52,293 bases of DNA from a virus (lineage: Duplodnaviria > Caudoviricetes): the IMG/VR virus record IMGVR_UViG_3300022876_000006, positions 1 through 52,293 of that record; one strand, 5' to 3'. Under the pieces are notes generated by a model. That model did not search any database, had not been told where the DNA came from, and saw nothing but the letters and a program-made list of their open reading frames with translations. Positions within the stretch are counted from its first letter, which is position 1. The number at the start of each line of letters is the position of its first letter. Positions 35,488 through 44,072 of the stretch are shown one piece after another. The translations under genes were made by a program, and so were the position numbers.

Positions 35488-35531
35488 CGTCCGAAGGAAA
35501 GTGATTGCCCCTTCTGTGTTCACAAAGAGTC

Positions 35532-35738
35532 CTAATCGAGGCCCTTTTTGTGTCCTACCAGCGAAAGCACAGGTGCTTTTCGCCGTACCTGTTTGAGCTG
35601 GGCTTGAAGCGCTAGCGACCTGCCCATCTCAAGGTATTCATCTGCCGCTCTTTCAAGGCTCCATCCAAGATCGACGCTCAACTGTCGAACCTCTTCCTGC
35701 ACCTCCAGCGGCAGCATTTCGAATGTCGTTTCAGGCAT
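35532..35738 (-). CDS. Small hypothetical protein, possible DNA-binding
   Basis: 68 aa, GGAGG SD, RHH-like helical pattern. Confidence 0.65.
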   Translation of the reverse strand: MPETTFEMLPLEVQEEVRQLSVDLGWSLERAADEYLEMGRSLALQAQLKQVRRKAPVLSLVGHKKGLD

Positions 35739-35756
35739 AGGCCCTCCATAGGGGTC

Positions 35757-35969
35757 TTAAGCCGATTTATCCTGCTTGCTGGCCCCGTGGTGTTCTCGAA
35801 GAAGATCGGCGGCGCCCAGGCTGCGAGCCAGGTTCGCCAGCTCGTAGACGTAGGTCGCCAACTGCATGCCGGCCAATCGGGCTTCCATGCGCAACTTCCG
35901 AGCTTCCTCGGGCTTGTGACGGGTCTTGATCACTTCGCTACGTTTGTGGGCCGGGTTGTCAAAGGCCAT
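35757..35969 (-). CDS. CII-position transcription regulator (RHH-like)
   Basis: MAFDNPAHKRSEVIKTR...EARLAGMQLATYVYEL directly after cro; AAGGAG SD. Confidence 0.65.
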   Translation of the reverse strand: MAFDNPAHKRSEVIKTRHKPEEARKLRMEARLAGMQLATYVYELANLARSLGAADLLREHHGASKQDKSA

Positions 35970-36000
35970 ACGGGTGATGCTCCTTGGTGGTTGAAATTGG

Positions 36001-36240
36001 TTATGCAGCGGATTTCTTTGGGTGGGCCTCTGCGAGAAGCCAGGCCGGGTCGAACGGCTTGCCTTTCTTGGCAGCCAGTTCGGCAATCTTTTGGGCGTAT
36101 TCGGTTTCGCCGGTGTACTCGGTGCGCGGCAAAGCGTCGGCCTCCAGCCACTTGTAGATGGCGCGCGGGGTCTTTCCGCAAGCTAGCGCTACAGACGGAA
36201 CACCACCGGCGTCATCGATCGATTTCTTGAGCGGCCGCAT
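36001..36240 (-). CDS. cro: Cro-like repressor
   Basis: HTH AGGVPSVALACGKTPRAIYKW; divergent from cI. Confidence 0.85.
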   Translation of the reverse strand: MRPLKKSIDDAGGVPSVALACGKTPRAIYKWLEADALPRTEYTGETEYAQKIAELAAKKGKPFDPAWLLAEAHPKKSAA

Positions 36241-36258
36241 AAGGCCTCCGAGTTAAAT

Positions 36259-36332
36259 ATGAACTTGCGGTACATATTATGTCGGAACTGAAAGTACATG
36301 CAAGCGCATGCAACCATGTACCCATGGTTCAA
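36259..36332. promoter_or_regulatory. Right operator: three 17-bp sites
   Basis: ATGAAC-N5-GTACAT (36259-75), CGGAAC-N5-GTACAT (36283-99), ATGTAC-N5-GTTCAA (36316-32). Confidence 0.8.
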
Positions 36333-37064
36333 ATAGAAGATTTGCGCGCTGCGTTCGTTGCCCGCCTGAAAAAGGCTCTGGCAGAAAAAGACATCCCCGA
36401 ATGGGGCGCTGGCGCTCGCCTGGCGAAAATGGCTGGCGTTACACCAAAGGCGACCAGCAAGTGGATGAATGGCGAGTCAATGCCTGGTGGCGCCAAGATG
36501 CTTGCCGTGGCCAATGCTCTTGGCGTACGCGTTGAGTGGCTCGAGTACGGCCGTGGCGAAATGGTCGAAAGCTCCGCTCCCCCTCCGGCCGAGGACTCTC
36601 GAATCCCTCCGAGAGGATTCGAGCTGAAGGATGACCCGAGCTACACGGGTGTCCTGCAGCTCACTGCCCAAGGATCGGCCGGCACCGGCGAGGACAACAC
36701 CCATGTCGAGATTCGCGGCGTGATGGCGTTCAAGTCTTCGTGGCTGCGCGCTAACCATCTCAATCAGCGCAACCTAGATGTGATCTACGCCAACGGCCAC
36801 AGCATGGAACCGACCATCAATGACGGCGACGTGCTGCTGGTGGACGAGTCAAAGATCGAGCCGAAAGACGGCCAGATTTTCGCCATGCAGAGCGCCACCA
36901 AAGGCACGATCGTGAAGCGCCTAGTGAAGTCGGACATTGATGGCTGGATCATCCGCAGCGACAACTCGGATAAGGCGCGCTACGGCGACGAGGTTTTGCG
37001 AGATGGCGAAATAAACGAAGTGCGGATCATCGGACGCGTCGTGTGGCGCGGTGGGATGCTTTAG
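36324..37064 (+). CDS. cI: CI-like repressor (HTH plus S24 peptidase)
   Basis: HTH LAKMAGVTPKATSKW, SAG cleavage site, GHSMEP Ser, VKRL Lys, IIGRVVW. Confidence 0.93.
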   Translation: MVQIEDLRAAFVARLKKALAEKDIPEWGAGARLAKMAGVTPKATSKWMNGESMPGGAKMLAVANALGVRVEWLEYGRGEMVESSAPPPAEDSRIPPRGFELKDDPSYTGVLQLTAQGSAGTGEDNTHVEIRGVMAFKSSWLRANHLNQRNLDVIYANGHSMEPTINDGDVLLVDESKIEPKDGQIFAMQSATKGTIVKRLVKSDIDGWIIRSDNSDKARYGDEVLRDGEINEVRIIGRVVWRGGML

Positions 37065-37158
37065 TGAGATTCAGGCAGCTCAGCCAATCCAGCCAATATT
37101 TGCGAATCGAACTTTAGGTTGGTCGCAGCTTTTAACAACCGAGCACGGAATGCATTCA

Positions 37159-38145
37159 ATGAGTGATGTTGCTGTCGTTGATGGTCCTGAATCCTTCTTG
37201 GCGGCGCTAGACCGCATCGATTTTCTCGGCGAATCTTTTCCAGTTTTCAAAGGTTGGCCTAACTTCGATGTCAAGGTCGATGGTGATCGCTATCAGGGCA
37301 CGCTGACTCCCAAGCTGATGGCGGGACTCATTGAATTTCAGGATCAGTTGCTGCGCGCGTATGCCGAGATTCGCTATGGCTCTTCATCTATTGGTAAGCT
37401 GAGTGCAGCCGATAAGGCAGATCTTGAGATAGTCTTAGCGATCACAAAAGGAAGCACCAATGGGCAAGGTCCGCTTGATGACGTCCTTAACAAAATCATT
37501 TCGGCTCTGCCCATGAATAAGATGAGCGGAGGTAACGTCACGGCCCTGCTAATCATTGCTGTGATGTGTCTGGCTGGCTACATGGTATTTTCTGGATGGA
37601 ATCAATCCGACCTTGAGAAAGCTAAAATTGCCAGCGCTGAGCGCCAGTCAGCCGCGCAGACAATTCTCATCGGTAAGCTGGCTGATGCGCTTGCCTCAAA
37701 AAATTTGCCGCCCGAGGCTGTCGCAATCAAGGATAGGGCGGCCGAAGGATACAGGGCTATCGTGGCTGGTGCCCCGGATGCAACATCAATGGATATTCAA
37801 GGTGAGCACTTCAACGCCGATGAGCTTGAAAAGATAAGGACGCAGGAGCCCCAGCCAAAAAGCCGCCAGGAGCGCAGGGAGGATGTTTACATCGATATGG
37901 TTAAACGCCACCCTGATTACTTGTCTTTGACCTTGAGGTTGCCGGGGTCGGATTACACCTTCCCGGGCCGAGTGGACTTGTCTAAGTTCGATCAAGGAAA
38001 GGTCAATCAACTATTTGACTCGCTCCGCGATGCAAGCCCTATTCGGATCTTCCACTATTCGTCGGAACAAAAGAATCGGATCCTCAGAACTGACGTGATT
38101 GCCGTAGACGACATCACGGTCAGTCAGATCAAAACAGCGCCATAG
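37159..38145 (+). CDS. Hypothetical single-TM protein at rex-like position
   Basis: 328-aa lower-GC ORF between cI and oL, TM VTALLIIAVMCLAGYMVF, own terminator. Confidence 0.8.
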   Translation: MSDVAVVDGPESFLAALDRIDFLGESFPVFKGWPNFDVKVDGDRYQGTLTPKLMAGLIEFQDQLLRAYAEIRYGSSSIGKLSAADKADLEIVLAITKGSTNGQGPLDDVLNKIISALPMNKMSGGNVTALLIIAVMCLAGYMVFSGWNQSDLEKAKIASAERQSAAQTILIGKLADALASKNLPPEAVAIKDRAAEGYRAIVAGAPDATSMDIQGEHFNADELEKIRTQEPQPKSRQERREDVYIDMVKRHPDYLSLTLRLPGSDYTFPGRVDLSKFDQGKVNQLFDSLRDASPIRIFHYSSEQKNRILRTDVIAVDDITVSQIKTAP

Positions 38146-38166
38146 CTGCCGCAACCTTGAGTTGAT

Positions 38167-38190
38167 AGCCCGCCACTGAGCGGGCTTTTT
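38167..38190 (+). terminator. Terminator of the cI operon
   Basis: AGCCCGC-loop-GCGGGCT-TTTT. Confidence 0.75.
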
Positions 38191-38208
38191 CATGCCTGCG
38201 ATAAAAAT

Positions 38209-38253
38209 ATGTACTTTTGGTACTTGACTCAATGTGAACCGTTGGTACATATT
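38209..38253 (+). promoter_or_regulatory. Left operator and pL promoter
   Basis: ATGTAC-N5-GTACTT (38209-25) and GTGAAC-N5-GTACAT (38234-50) overlapping TTGACT -35 and a CATATT-like -10. Confidence 0.75.
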
Positions 38254-38304
38254 TGCTCCATCGCAGCGACACACAGCTACTGCGAAGGGCCTCAAGAGAC
38301 CCGC

Positions 38305-38316
38305 CGCTCTTTAACA
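38305..38316 (+). promoter_or_regulatory. boxA antitermination element
   Basis: CGCTCTTTAACA, the lambdoid boxA consensus. Confidence 0.8.
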
Positions 38317-38326
38317 GTCAGGAATC

Positions 38327-38565
38327 TTCGCGGATCGATCCCCGGAAACGGGCATAGCGCGAAACACAAACTTCGATCCCCATGCAGGCTCTGGAACCTG
38401 CCGGACTCCCCATATGGGAGGACGCCAAACCATGCAAGCCAGCCGGCGAAGAACACCGAACACGAAATGTGTGACGCCGGCCAGGTGGGGAAACCGCGGC
38501 GCCGCGCATGGAATGGAAAACAGATTTCACTGGCTGGCCTTGGCGACAGGGCCAGACGGGAAATC
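38327..38565 (+). ncRNA. Candidate structured leader RNA of the pL operon
   Basis: Dense nested stems, possible pseudoknot, long terminal hairpin. Confidence 0.5.
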
Positions 38566-38581
38566 AACTGAGGGCAGCCAA

Positions 38582-38812
38582 ATGGCCTGCAAAATTTGCA
38601 GCTCTAGCAACACGGCTTCGCTGGGCATGCGCACCCCTCACCTGTACTGCAGGTCATGCGGTGCGCATGAATACGAAGGACAGGTGATCGACAAGAACGC
38701 CTGGAACTCTTGGATCAACGGCCACACAGAAAGACCTGTCGGAGATTCCCGTTCTTCAACTCATCCTGATCGGCGCAGCGCTCAGCCATGCGCGGCCAGA
38801 ACCGCCACCTGA
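38582..38812 (+). CDS. Small zinc-ribbon protein
   Basis: MACKIC...YCRSCG; GAGG SD; first pL gene. Confidence 0.6.
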   Translation: MACKICSSSNTASLGMRTPHLYCRSCGAHEYEGQVIDKNAWNSWINGHTERPVGDSRSSTHPDRRSAQPCAARTAT

Positions 38813-38952
38813 TGACGGCCTGCCAACCGGTCCATTGCGCTTCCATCGTGAGCGCTGGCGTTCTCGACCGGGGCTATCGGCGTTCTGGCGCTGATGGTCC
38901 CGCCCAAAACAACCGGAACTCATGAAGCAACACCGGCAAGCTGCATCTGATC

Positions 38953-38983
38953 GAAAAGGCCCTTCCGTCCAGTTGGGCCTTTT
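38953..38983. terminator. Possible bidirectional terminator
   Basis: GAAAAGGCCC-loop-GGGCCTTTTC. Confidence 0.5.
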
Positions 38984-39158
38984 CACTTCTCGCTCCCACA
39001 GACAAACCGCTCTATTCCGGGCGCTGGCAACACGAAAACACATACTTCGCTCCCACAGCCGACACCACCCGAATGCACTCCCCTCCGCGCCCAACGGCAA
39101 CCAGCGGAGCGAACGAGTGCATCCGAGTTTTGTTGGATCAACCAAAGAGGTTTCCGTA

Positions 39159-39746
39159 ATGCCGAAGATCATTGATGTGATCAGGACAAAGCAAGGGCAG
39201 ACGTTTCTGCTCCTCGACGAGTTGCCCCGCTGTGTTTACGAGCGCACTGGAAACCTTTTGATATCGAACGACGGCGGCTTCTACGACTTCCTGAAGATTG
39301 AGCCAGGTTCTCGTGATGCGTTCGCTGGCCGAGCCTTCACGATCAAACTTACCGATGGATCAACCTTTGAATGCAAAGGTCAGGTCTGGTCGTGCGGCGC
39401 GGATGTTGGCGTGCCGACCGCGCAGGTCGGTGTCGGAACTCTTGAGTCTCTCGCGAGTTGCTACGTCTTCAGTTCGGCGAGGGTCGATGTGTCGCTGGTG
39501 AATGAATGGCTCGCGATAAATAAGCCGAGTAGCCGGTACTACAAGTACGACAAGCGCGAGACGGTCGAGTACTGGGAAGCCATATACCGCACCGAGAAAT
39601 GGGGGAATCGAATTTCGCCAGCTCGGGCTCGGAAGCTTCGCAAGCGCGGTGCGACCATCTGGCGCGTAGATGGCAGGCCAACTTGGAGCGCCCGCTTCGA
39701 GAAGCGCAAAGCTCAAATCCTCGCGGATATCGCAGCAGACTCCTGA
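39159..39746 (+). CDS. Hypothetical protein
   Basis: MPKIIDVIRTK..., GAGG SD. Confidence 0.75.
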   Translation: MPKIIDVIRTKQGQTFLLLDELPRCVYERTGNLLISNDGGFYDFLKIEPGSRDAFAGRAFTIKLTDGSTFECKGQVWSCGADVGVPTAQVGVGTLESLASCYVFSSARVDVSLVNEWLAINKPSSRYYKYDKRETVEYWEAIYRTEKWGNRISPARARKLRKRGATIWRVDGRPTWSARFEKRKAQILADIAADS

Positions 39747-39770
39747 TCTACCGCCACTCTGGAGGCGACC

Positions 39771-40199
39771 ATGAACGCAGCACTGAAACTCTGTCAGGCC
39801 ATGTACGACGCGCAGTTGCCTCCGGCGGTGAGCGAACCGGACGATCAGCGGGAATGGCTGGAAAGCGCCGCTGAACAGCTGGTGTGCGGCTCGGATGTGG
39901 AATGGAAGCGTCGGTTTGGCCCGGTGCGGAAGGTGACCCCGGCGGAGTACGCCGAACACCTGCAGCATCACCTGAACCAGCGGCAGATCGACGGGCTCGA
40001 TGATCGCGACTCGTTTGCCAACCTGGTGCTGGCTGTCGTGGTTGGCAGCCAAGCCGAGGCGCTGACGCACGCCAAGCACCTGCTGGGCAGTAACAGCCCG
40101 GTCACGCAGCTTGAGGCGATCGCCGCCAACTTCCTCCGCCCTCACGCCGCTGATGCAGTTGCTGCTGAGCGTGAAGCTGCCGAGGACGACGTGTTATGA
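39771..40199 (+). CDS. Hypothetical protein
   Basis: GGAGG SD, coupled to next gene. Confidence 0.8.
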   Translation: MNAALKLCQAMYDAQLPPAVSEPDDQREWLESAAEQLVCGSDVEWKRRFGPVRKVTPAEYAEHLQHHLNQRQIDGLDDRDSFANLVLAVVVGSQAEALTHAKHLLGSNSPVTQLEAIAANFLRPHAADAVAAEREAAEDDVL

Positions 40200-40411
40200 G
40201 CAACCAAGTAGCACTGGCCCGGCTGGGCCTTGAAATCGCGAAGATGCGCAAATCCTGCACTCCGGTACCGGATCGCACCTTCGTAATGGGCATGATCGAA
40301 ATGGCGGAGTTCGCCCAGATCATCGACACACCTACCGCCAATCGTTATCGGGATGCGCTGGACGCCAAGTTCGTCGAGCGCAACGGTTACCTGAAAGGAG
40401 TCTCGGCATGA
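40196..40411 (+). CDS. Hypothetical protein
   Basis: ATGA overlaps at both ends. Confidence 0.75.
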   Translation: MSNQVALARLGLEIAKMRKSCTPVPDRTFVMGMIEMAEFAQIIDTPTANRYRDALDAKFVERNGYLKGVSA

Positions 40412-40578
40412 CCACTGCACCGGTTAAAACGGTTCTAGATGAGCAGCTGGAAGAGATTGAACGCAGCCTCGCGGTTGTCGGCGCTGGCATCCCTCGCGAA
40501 CTTCCTGTTTCCGCGCTTCCCCCTCCGCTGGTAGCAGCCATCAAACAAGGCCGCATTGCCGTGAGGTCTCGACCATGA
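40408..40578 (+). CDS. 56-aa hypothetical protein (not in ORF track)
   Basis: AAGGAG SD; MTTAPVKTVLDEQLEEIE...; ATGA overlaps. Confidence 0.65.
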   Translation: MTTAPVKTVLDEQLEEIERSLAVVGAGIPRELPVSALPPPLVAAIKQGRIAVRSRP

Positions 40579-40700
40579 AGATCATGTTTTGGGTTCTCGC
40601 TGGCGGCTTGCTGATCGTGATGGCCAGCTACAACTTGGCGCGGGATTCCTCCAGCACCTGCCAGCCGCCGCAGTCGACCACCTACAAGGTGTTCCAGTGA
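40575..40700 (+). CDS. 41-aa single-TM peptide
   Basis: MKIMFWVLAGGLLIVMASYNLARD...; GAGG SD; ATGA/GTGA overlaps. Confidence 0.6.
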   Translation: MKIMFWVLAGGLLIVMASYNLARDSSSTCQPPQSTTYKVFQ

Positions 40701-40813
40701 CCAGCCGCCAGTGGGCGCGGCGCCTGATCATCTGGCGCGGTGCGTTCTCTTCCCTCGGCGTTTTCACTTTCCTGATGCTGCTCAGCGCCCTCGCCGATCG
40801 CATCACTCAATAA
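40697..40813 (+). CDS. 38-aa single-TM peptide
   Basis: GTG start overlapping previous stop; RRLIIWRGAFSSLGVFTFLMLLSALAD. Confidence 0.55.
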   Translation: MTSRQWARRLIIWRGAFSSLGVFTFLMLLSALADRITQ

Positions 40814-40856
40814 ACCAAGCATTCAATCGCTGCGCTGGGCGCGGCAAGGATTCCCC

Positions 40857-41672
40857 ATGTCCGCAGTAATGAAACAGGCTGACCATCTGCCAGCCATCTC
40901 CGAGGACGCGCTCGTCGAAGTGCTAAGCGGAAGCCTGTATCCAGGCGCGTCGCACAACTCGGTTGTGATGGTGCTGGCCTACTGCAAGGCGGCCCAGCTC
41001 GACCCGATGCTCAAGCCGGTACACATCGTCCCGATCTATCAAAAAGGTCGCGGGATGGTCGACACCGTCATGCCCGGCATCGGCCTGTACCGCATTCAGG
41101 CCGCTCGGACCGGGCAATACGCCGGAATCAGCGATCCGGAGTACGGGCCATCGATCACAGCCAAGTTGGGCGGCGTTGACGTCACTTATCCAGAGTGGTG
41201 CCGGGTGACCGTCAAGCGCCAGATGTCGAACGGACTTGTCGCCGAGTTCACCGCCAACGAGCGCTGGCTCGAAAACTACGCCACGGCAGCCAAAGACACC
41301 ATTGCGCCGAACTCCATGTGGAAGCGCCGCGCCTTCGCTCAACTGGCGAAGTGTGCCGAGGCTCAGGCACTGCGCAAGGCCTTTCCCGAGGTCGGATCTG
41401 CTCCCACGGCGGATGAAATGGAAGGCAAGTCGTTCGAAGAGCCAGCCAAGGACATTTCACCGACACGACACGCCCAGCAAGAGCCGGATGCGAAACCTGA
41501 TTACCCCGACGAGCTTTTGGCGGCAAACATCGAAAAGTGGCAGCCGCTCATCGACGCGGGTCGCACCAGTCCGGAACACATCATCGCCAACGTCAGTAGC
41601 AAATACACGCTACGCGACGACCAGATCGAAACCATCCATAACCTGAAAGCCATCGACGGAGACACAGCATGA
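40857..41672 (+). CDS. bet: Bet/RecT-family single-strand annealing protein
   Basis: YCKAAQLDPMLKPVHIVP, GIGLYRIQAARTGQYAG, W...QLAKCAEAQALRKAFP. Confidence 0.92.
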   Translation: MSAVMKQADHLPAISEDALVEVLSGSLYPGASHNSVVMVLAYCKAAQLDPMLKPVHIVPIYQKGRGMVDTVMPGIGLYRIQAARTGQYAGISDPEYGPSITAKLGGVDVTYPEWCRVTVKRQMSNGLVAEFTANERWLENYATAAKDTIAPNSMWKRRAFAQLAKCAEAQALRKAFPEVGSAPTADEMEGKSFEEPAKDISPTRHAQQEPDAKPDYPDELLAANIEKWQPLIDAGRTSPEHIIANVSSKYTLRDDQIETIHNLKAIDGDTA

Positions 41673-43291
41673 AAATTCACAACGTAGCTCAAGGCTCCGC
41701 CGAGTGGCATGCACTCCGCGCCCAGCACTTCACCGCCTCCGAGGCCCCGGCAATGATGGGAGCCTCGAAGTACCAAACCCGTTCCGAGCTGCTGACGCTG
41801 AAAAAAACCGGCATTGCGCCGGAAGTCACCCAAGCTCAGCAGTACATCTTCGACAAAGGCCACGCCACTGAAGCGCTGGCCCGGCCACTGGTTGAGGTGA
41901 TGATCGGCGAAGAGCTGTACCCAGTCGTAGGCACCGACGGCAACCTGCTCGCGTCCATGGACGGCGCAACGATGCTCGGCGAGACGCTTTTCGAGCACAA
42001 GCTCTGGAATGAATCGCTGGCTGCCCAGGTTCGGGCCGAAAATCTGGAGCCGCATTACTACTGGCAGCTTGAACAGCAACTGCTGGTGAGTGGCGCCGAG
42101 CGTGTGATCTTTGTTTGCTCAGACGGTACCCCTGAAAACTTCGTGCACATGGAGTATCGGCCTGTCGCTGGCCGGGCCGCGCAGTTGGTGGAAGGCTGGA
42201 AACAGTTCGAGGCCGACCTGGCCAACTTCGAATTGGCCGAGGCGCCTTCTATTGTCGTCGGCAAGGCCCCGGACGAGCTGCCAGCGCTACGCATCGAACT
42301 GACTGGCATGGTCACCGCGAGCAACCTAAAAGTGTTCGAGGAATCGGCATTGGCGGTGATCGACTCCGTGAAGACCGAGCTGACTACAGATCAGGACTTC
42401 GCCGACGCCAAGAAGGCCGTGAAATGGTGCGGCGATGTTGAAGAGGCCGTGGCGACGGCGAAGAAACAGGCACTATCTCAAACCCAGACCATTGACGACC
42501 TCTTTTCCTCACTGGATCGGATCAGCGCTCACGCTCGCGAGACTCGACTGAAGGTCGACAAACTGGTGAAGGCTCAAGAGCTGCTGGTGAAGACCAACAT
42601 CAAGCAGAAAGCAGAGCAGTCACTGGCAGACCATGTCGCGGCGATTAACAAGACACTGGGCCGGGTCACCATGCCGGGAGTCGCCGCAGACTTCGCCGGC
42701 GTCATGAAGAACAAGCGAACGATCGCCAGCTTGCAGGACGCTGTCGATACTGAGCTGGCCCGCGCGAAAATCGCCGCGAGCCAGGCCGCCGACGCGATTC
42801 GCCTGAACCTGGCCAGCTTGGCTGAGCTGGCGGCCGACTACGCTTTCCTGTTTAACGATATTCAGCAACTGGTGATGAAGGCAAACGACGATTTGATCAC
42901 GCTGATCAAATTGCGGATTTCGGAACACCAGAAGGCCGAGGAGCAGAAAGCCGAAGCCCAGCGCGAGCAGATCCGCCAGCAGGAGCTGAAGCGAATCGAG
43001 GACGAGGCAAAGGCCAAGGCGCCGATCGAACAGGCTCCAGTTGCCAGCCCGGCACCGATGAAAGCTGCGGCGCCGGTTCAGTCAGCCTCGAAACCATCGA
43101 CTGCAACCGCGACGCCGGTGAACCTGCAGGCCGAGGTGTTTGATCTGGAAGCGCTGATTCATGCCGTCGCCGGCGGTCACGCACCGATTTCGGTGCTGAC
43201 CGTAGATTGGGAGAAGCTCGACGCAATGGTCGCCGCCCAGGGCGCTAAGTTCAGCATGGCCGGCGTCAAGCTGGTCAAGGTGGCGGCATGA
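41669..43291 (+). CDS. YqaJ-like viral recombinase exonuclease with long coiled-coil C-terminus
   Basis: QGSAEWHALR...TASEAPAMMG, GHATEALAR, ASMDG, FEHK, YYWQLEQQLLVSG. Confidence 0.9.
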   Translation: MKIHNVAQGSAEWHALRAQHFTASEAPAMMGASKYQTRSELLTLKKTGIAPEVTQAQQYIFDKGHATEALARPLVEVMIGEELYPVVGTDGNLLASMDGATMLGETLFEHKLWNESLAAQVRAENLEPHYYWQLEQQLLVSGAERVIFVCSDGTPENFVHMEYRPVAGRAAQLVEGWKQFEADLANFELAEAPSIVVGKAPDELPALRIELTGMVTASNLKVFEESALAVIDSVKTELTTDQDFADAKKAVKWCGDVEEAVATAKKQALSQTQTIDDLFSSLDRISAHARETRLKVDKLVKAQELLVKTNIKQKAEQSLADHVAAINKTLGRVTMPGVAADFAGVMKNKRTIASLQDAVDTELARAKIAASQAADAIRLNLASLAELAADYAFLFNDIQQLVMKANDDLITLIKLRISEHQKAEEQKAEAQREQIRQQELKRIEDEAKAKAPIEQAPVASPAPMKAAAPVQSASKPSTATATPVNLQAEVFDLEALIHAVAGGHAPISVLTVDWEKLDAMVAAQGAKFSMAGVKLVKVAA

Positions 43292-43530
43292 TCAGCAACC
43301 ATCTCAATCTGGTGGAGCAGCACCGGCCGGACGCTGAGGCGATCTCTGAACGAGTCGCCCAGTACCTGGCCGCCGGCGGGCGGATCGACAAACTGAAAAG
43401 CCCGCCACGCAATCCGCTGCCACCGCCCCGCTCCAACAAGATAGACCCTGAAACGGTCCTCAAGCGGCGACCGAAGCCGATATCGGCCGCTGACCGAAAG
43501 ACTCTGCGCAAAATGGCGGACTCGCTATGA
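43288..43530 (+). CDS. Hypothetical protein
   Basis: ATGA overlaps; YLAAGGRI motif. Confidence 0.75.
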   Translation: MISNHLNLVEQHRPDAEAISERVAQYLAAGGRIDKLKSPPRNPLPPPRSNKIDPETVLKRRPKPISAADRKTLRKMADSL

Positions 43531-43991
43531 AGTCGAAACGCAAACCCAACAACGGTTTCGCCCGGGCTGAACGCAGTTGCCGGGCTCTGCTGCGCACCAA
43601 CCACGTCGCGGTGGTGAACATCGACCCGAGCGGCAGCCAGATCATGGCGAACTGGAAGAGTTGCCGGCAGATACGCAGTCTGGCGATCGCCAACGCGATC
43701 TTCGACTTCTCCTACCGCTGGACGATCTACATCGCCGCCATGTGTCGAGACGAGCGCGGCGCGGAGTACATCAAGTCGGTCGAGATCTCGCCCGAGGGTA
43801 TCAACAAGGTCGAGCGCCTCACCGATGCCATCGAGCATTACTACCTGGAGCTGCGCAACAGCGCCAACCCGAACCATCTGGTTGCGTCAGGCTGGATCGC
43901 CATTCCCGACGAGGTTTCGATGGATGAAGCCCAGGCAGCGAAGCTGTTCTACACCGCCGGCGCCTGGCACCAGGTGAAGGCAGCAGCGTGA
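43527..43991 (+). CDS. Hypothetical protein
   Basis: Coupled 154-aa ORF. Confidence 0.8.
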   Translation: MKSKRKPNNGFARAERSCRALLRTNHVAVVNIDPSGSQIMANWKSCRQIRSLAIANAIFDFSYRWTIYIAAMCRDERGAEYIKSVEISPEGINKVERLTDAIEHYYLELRNSANPNHLVASGWIAIPDEVSMDEAQAAKLFYTAGAWHQVKAAA

Positions 43992-44072
43992 GACGGACCA
44001 TCAATAGGGCGCACCAGCGCCGCAGACAGACCTGGCTGGACTTGCCGGCCAGCGGAATTGAAGAGGTAGGCC

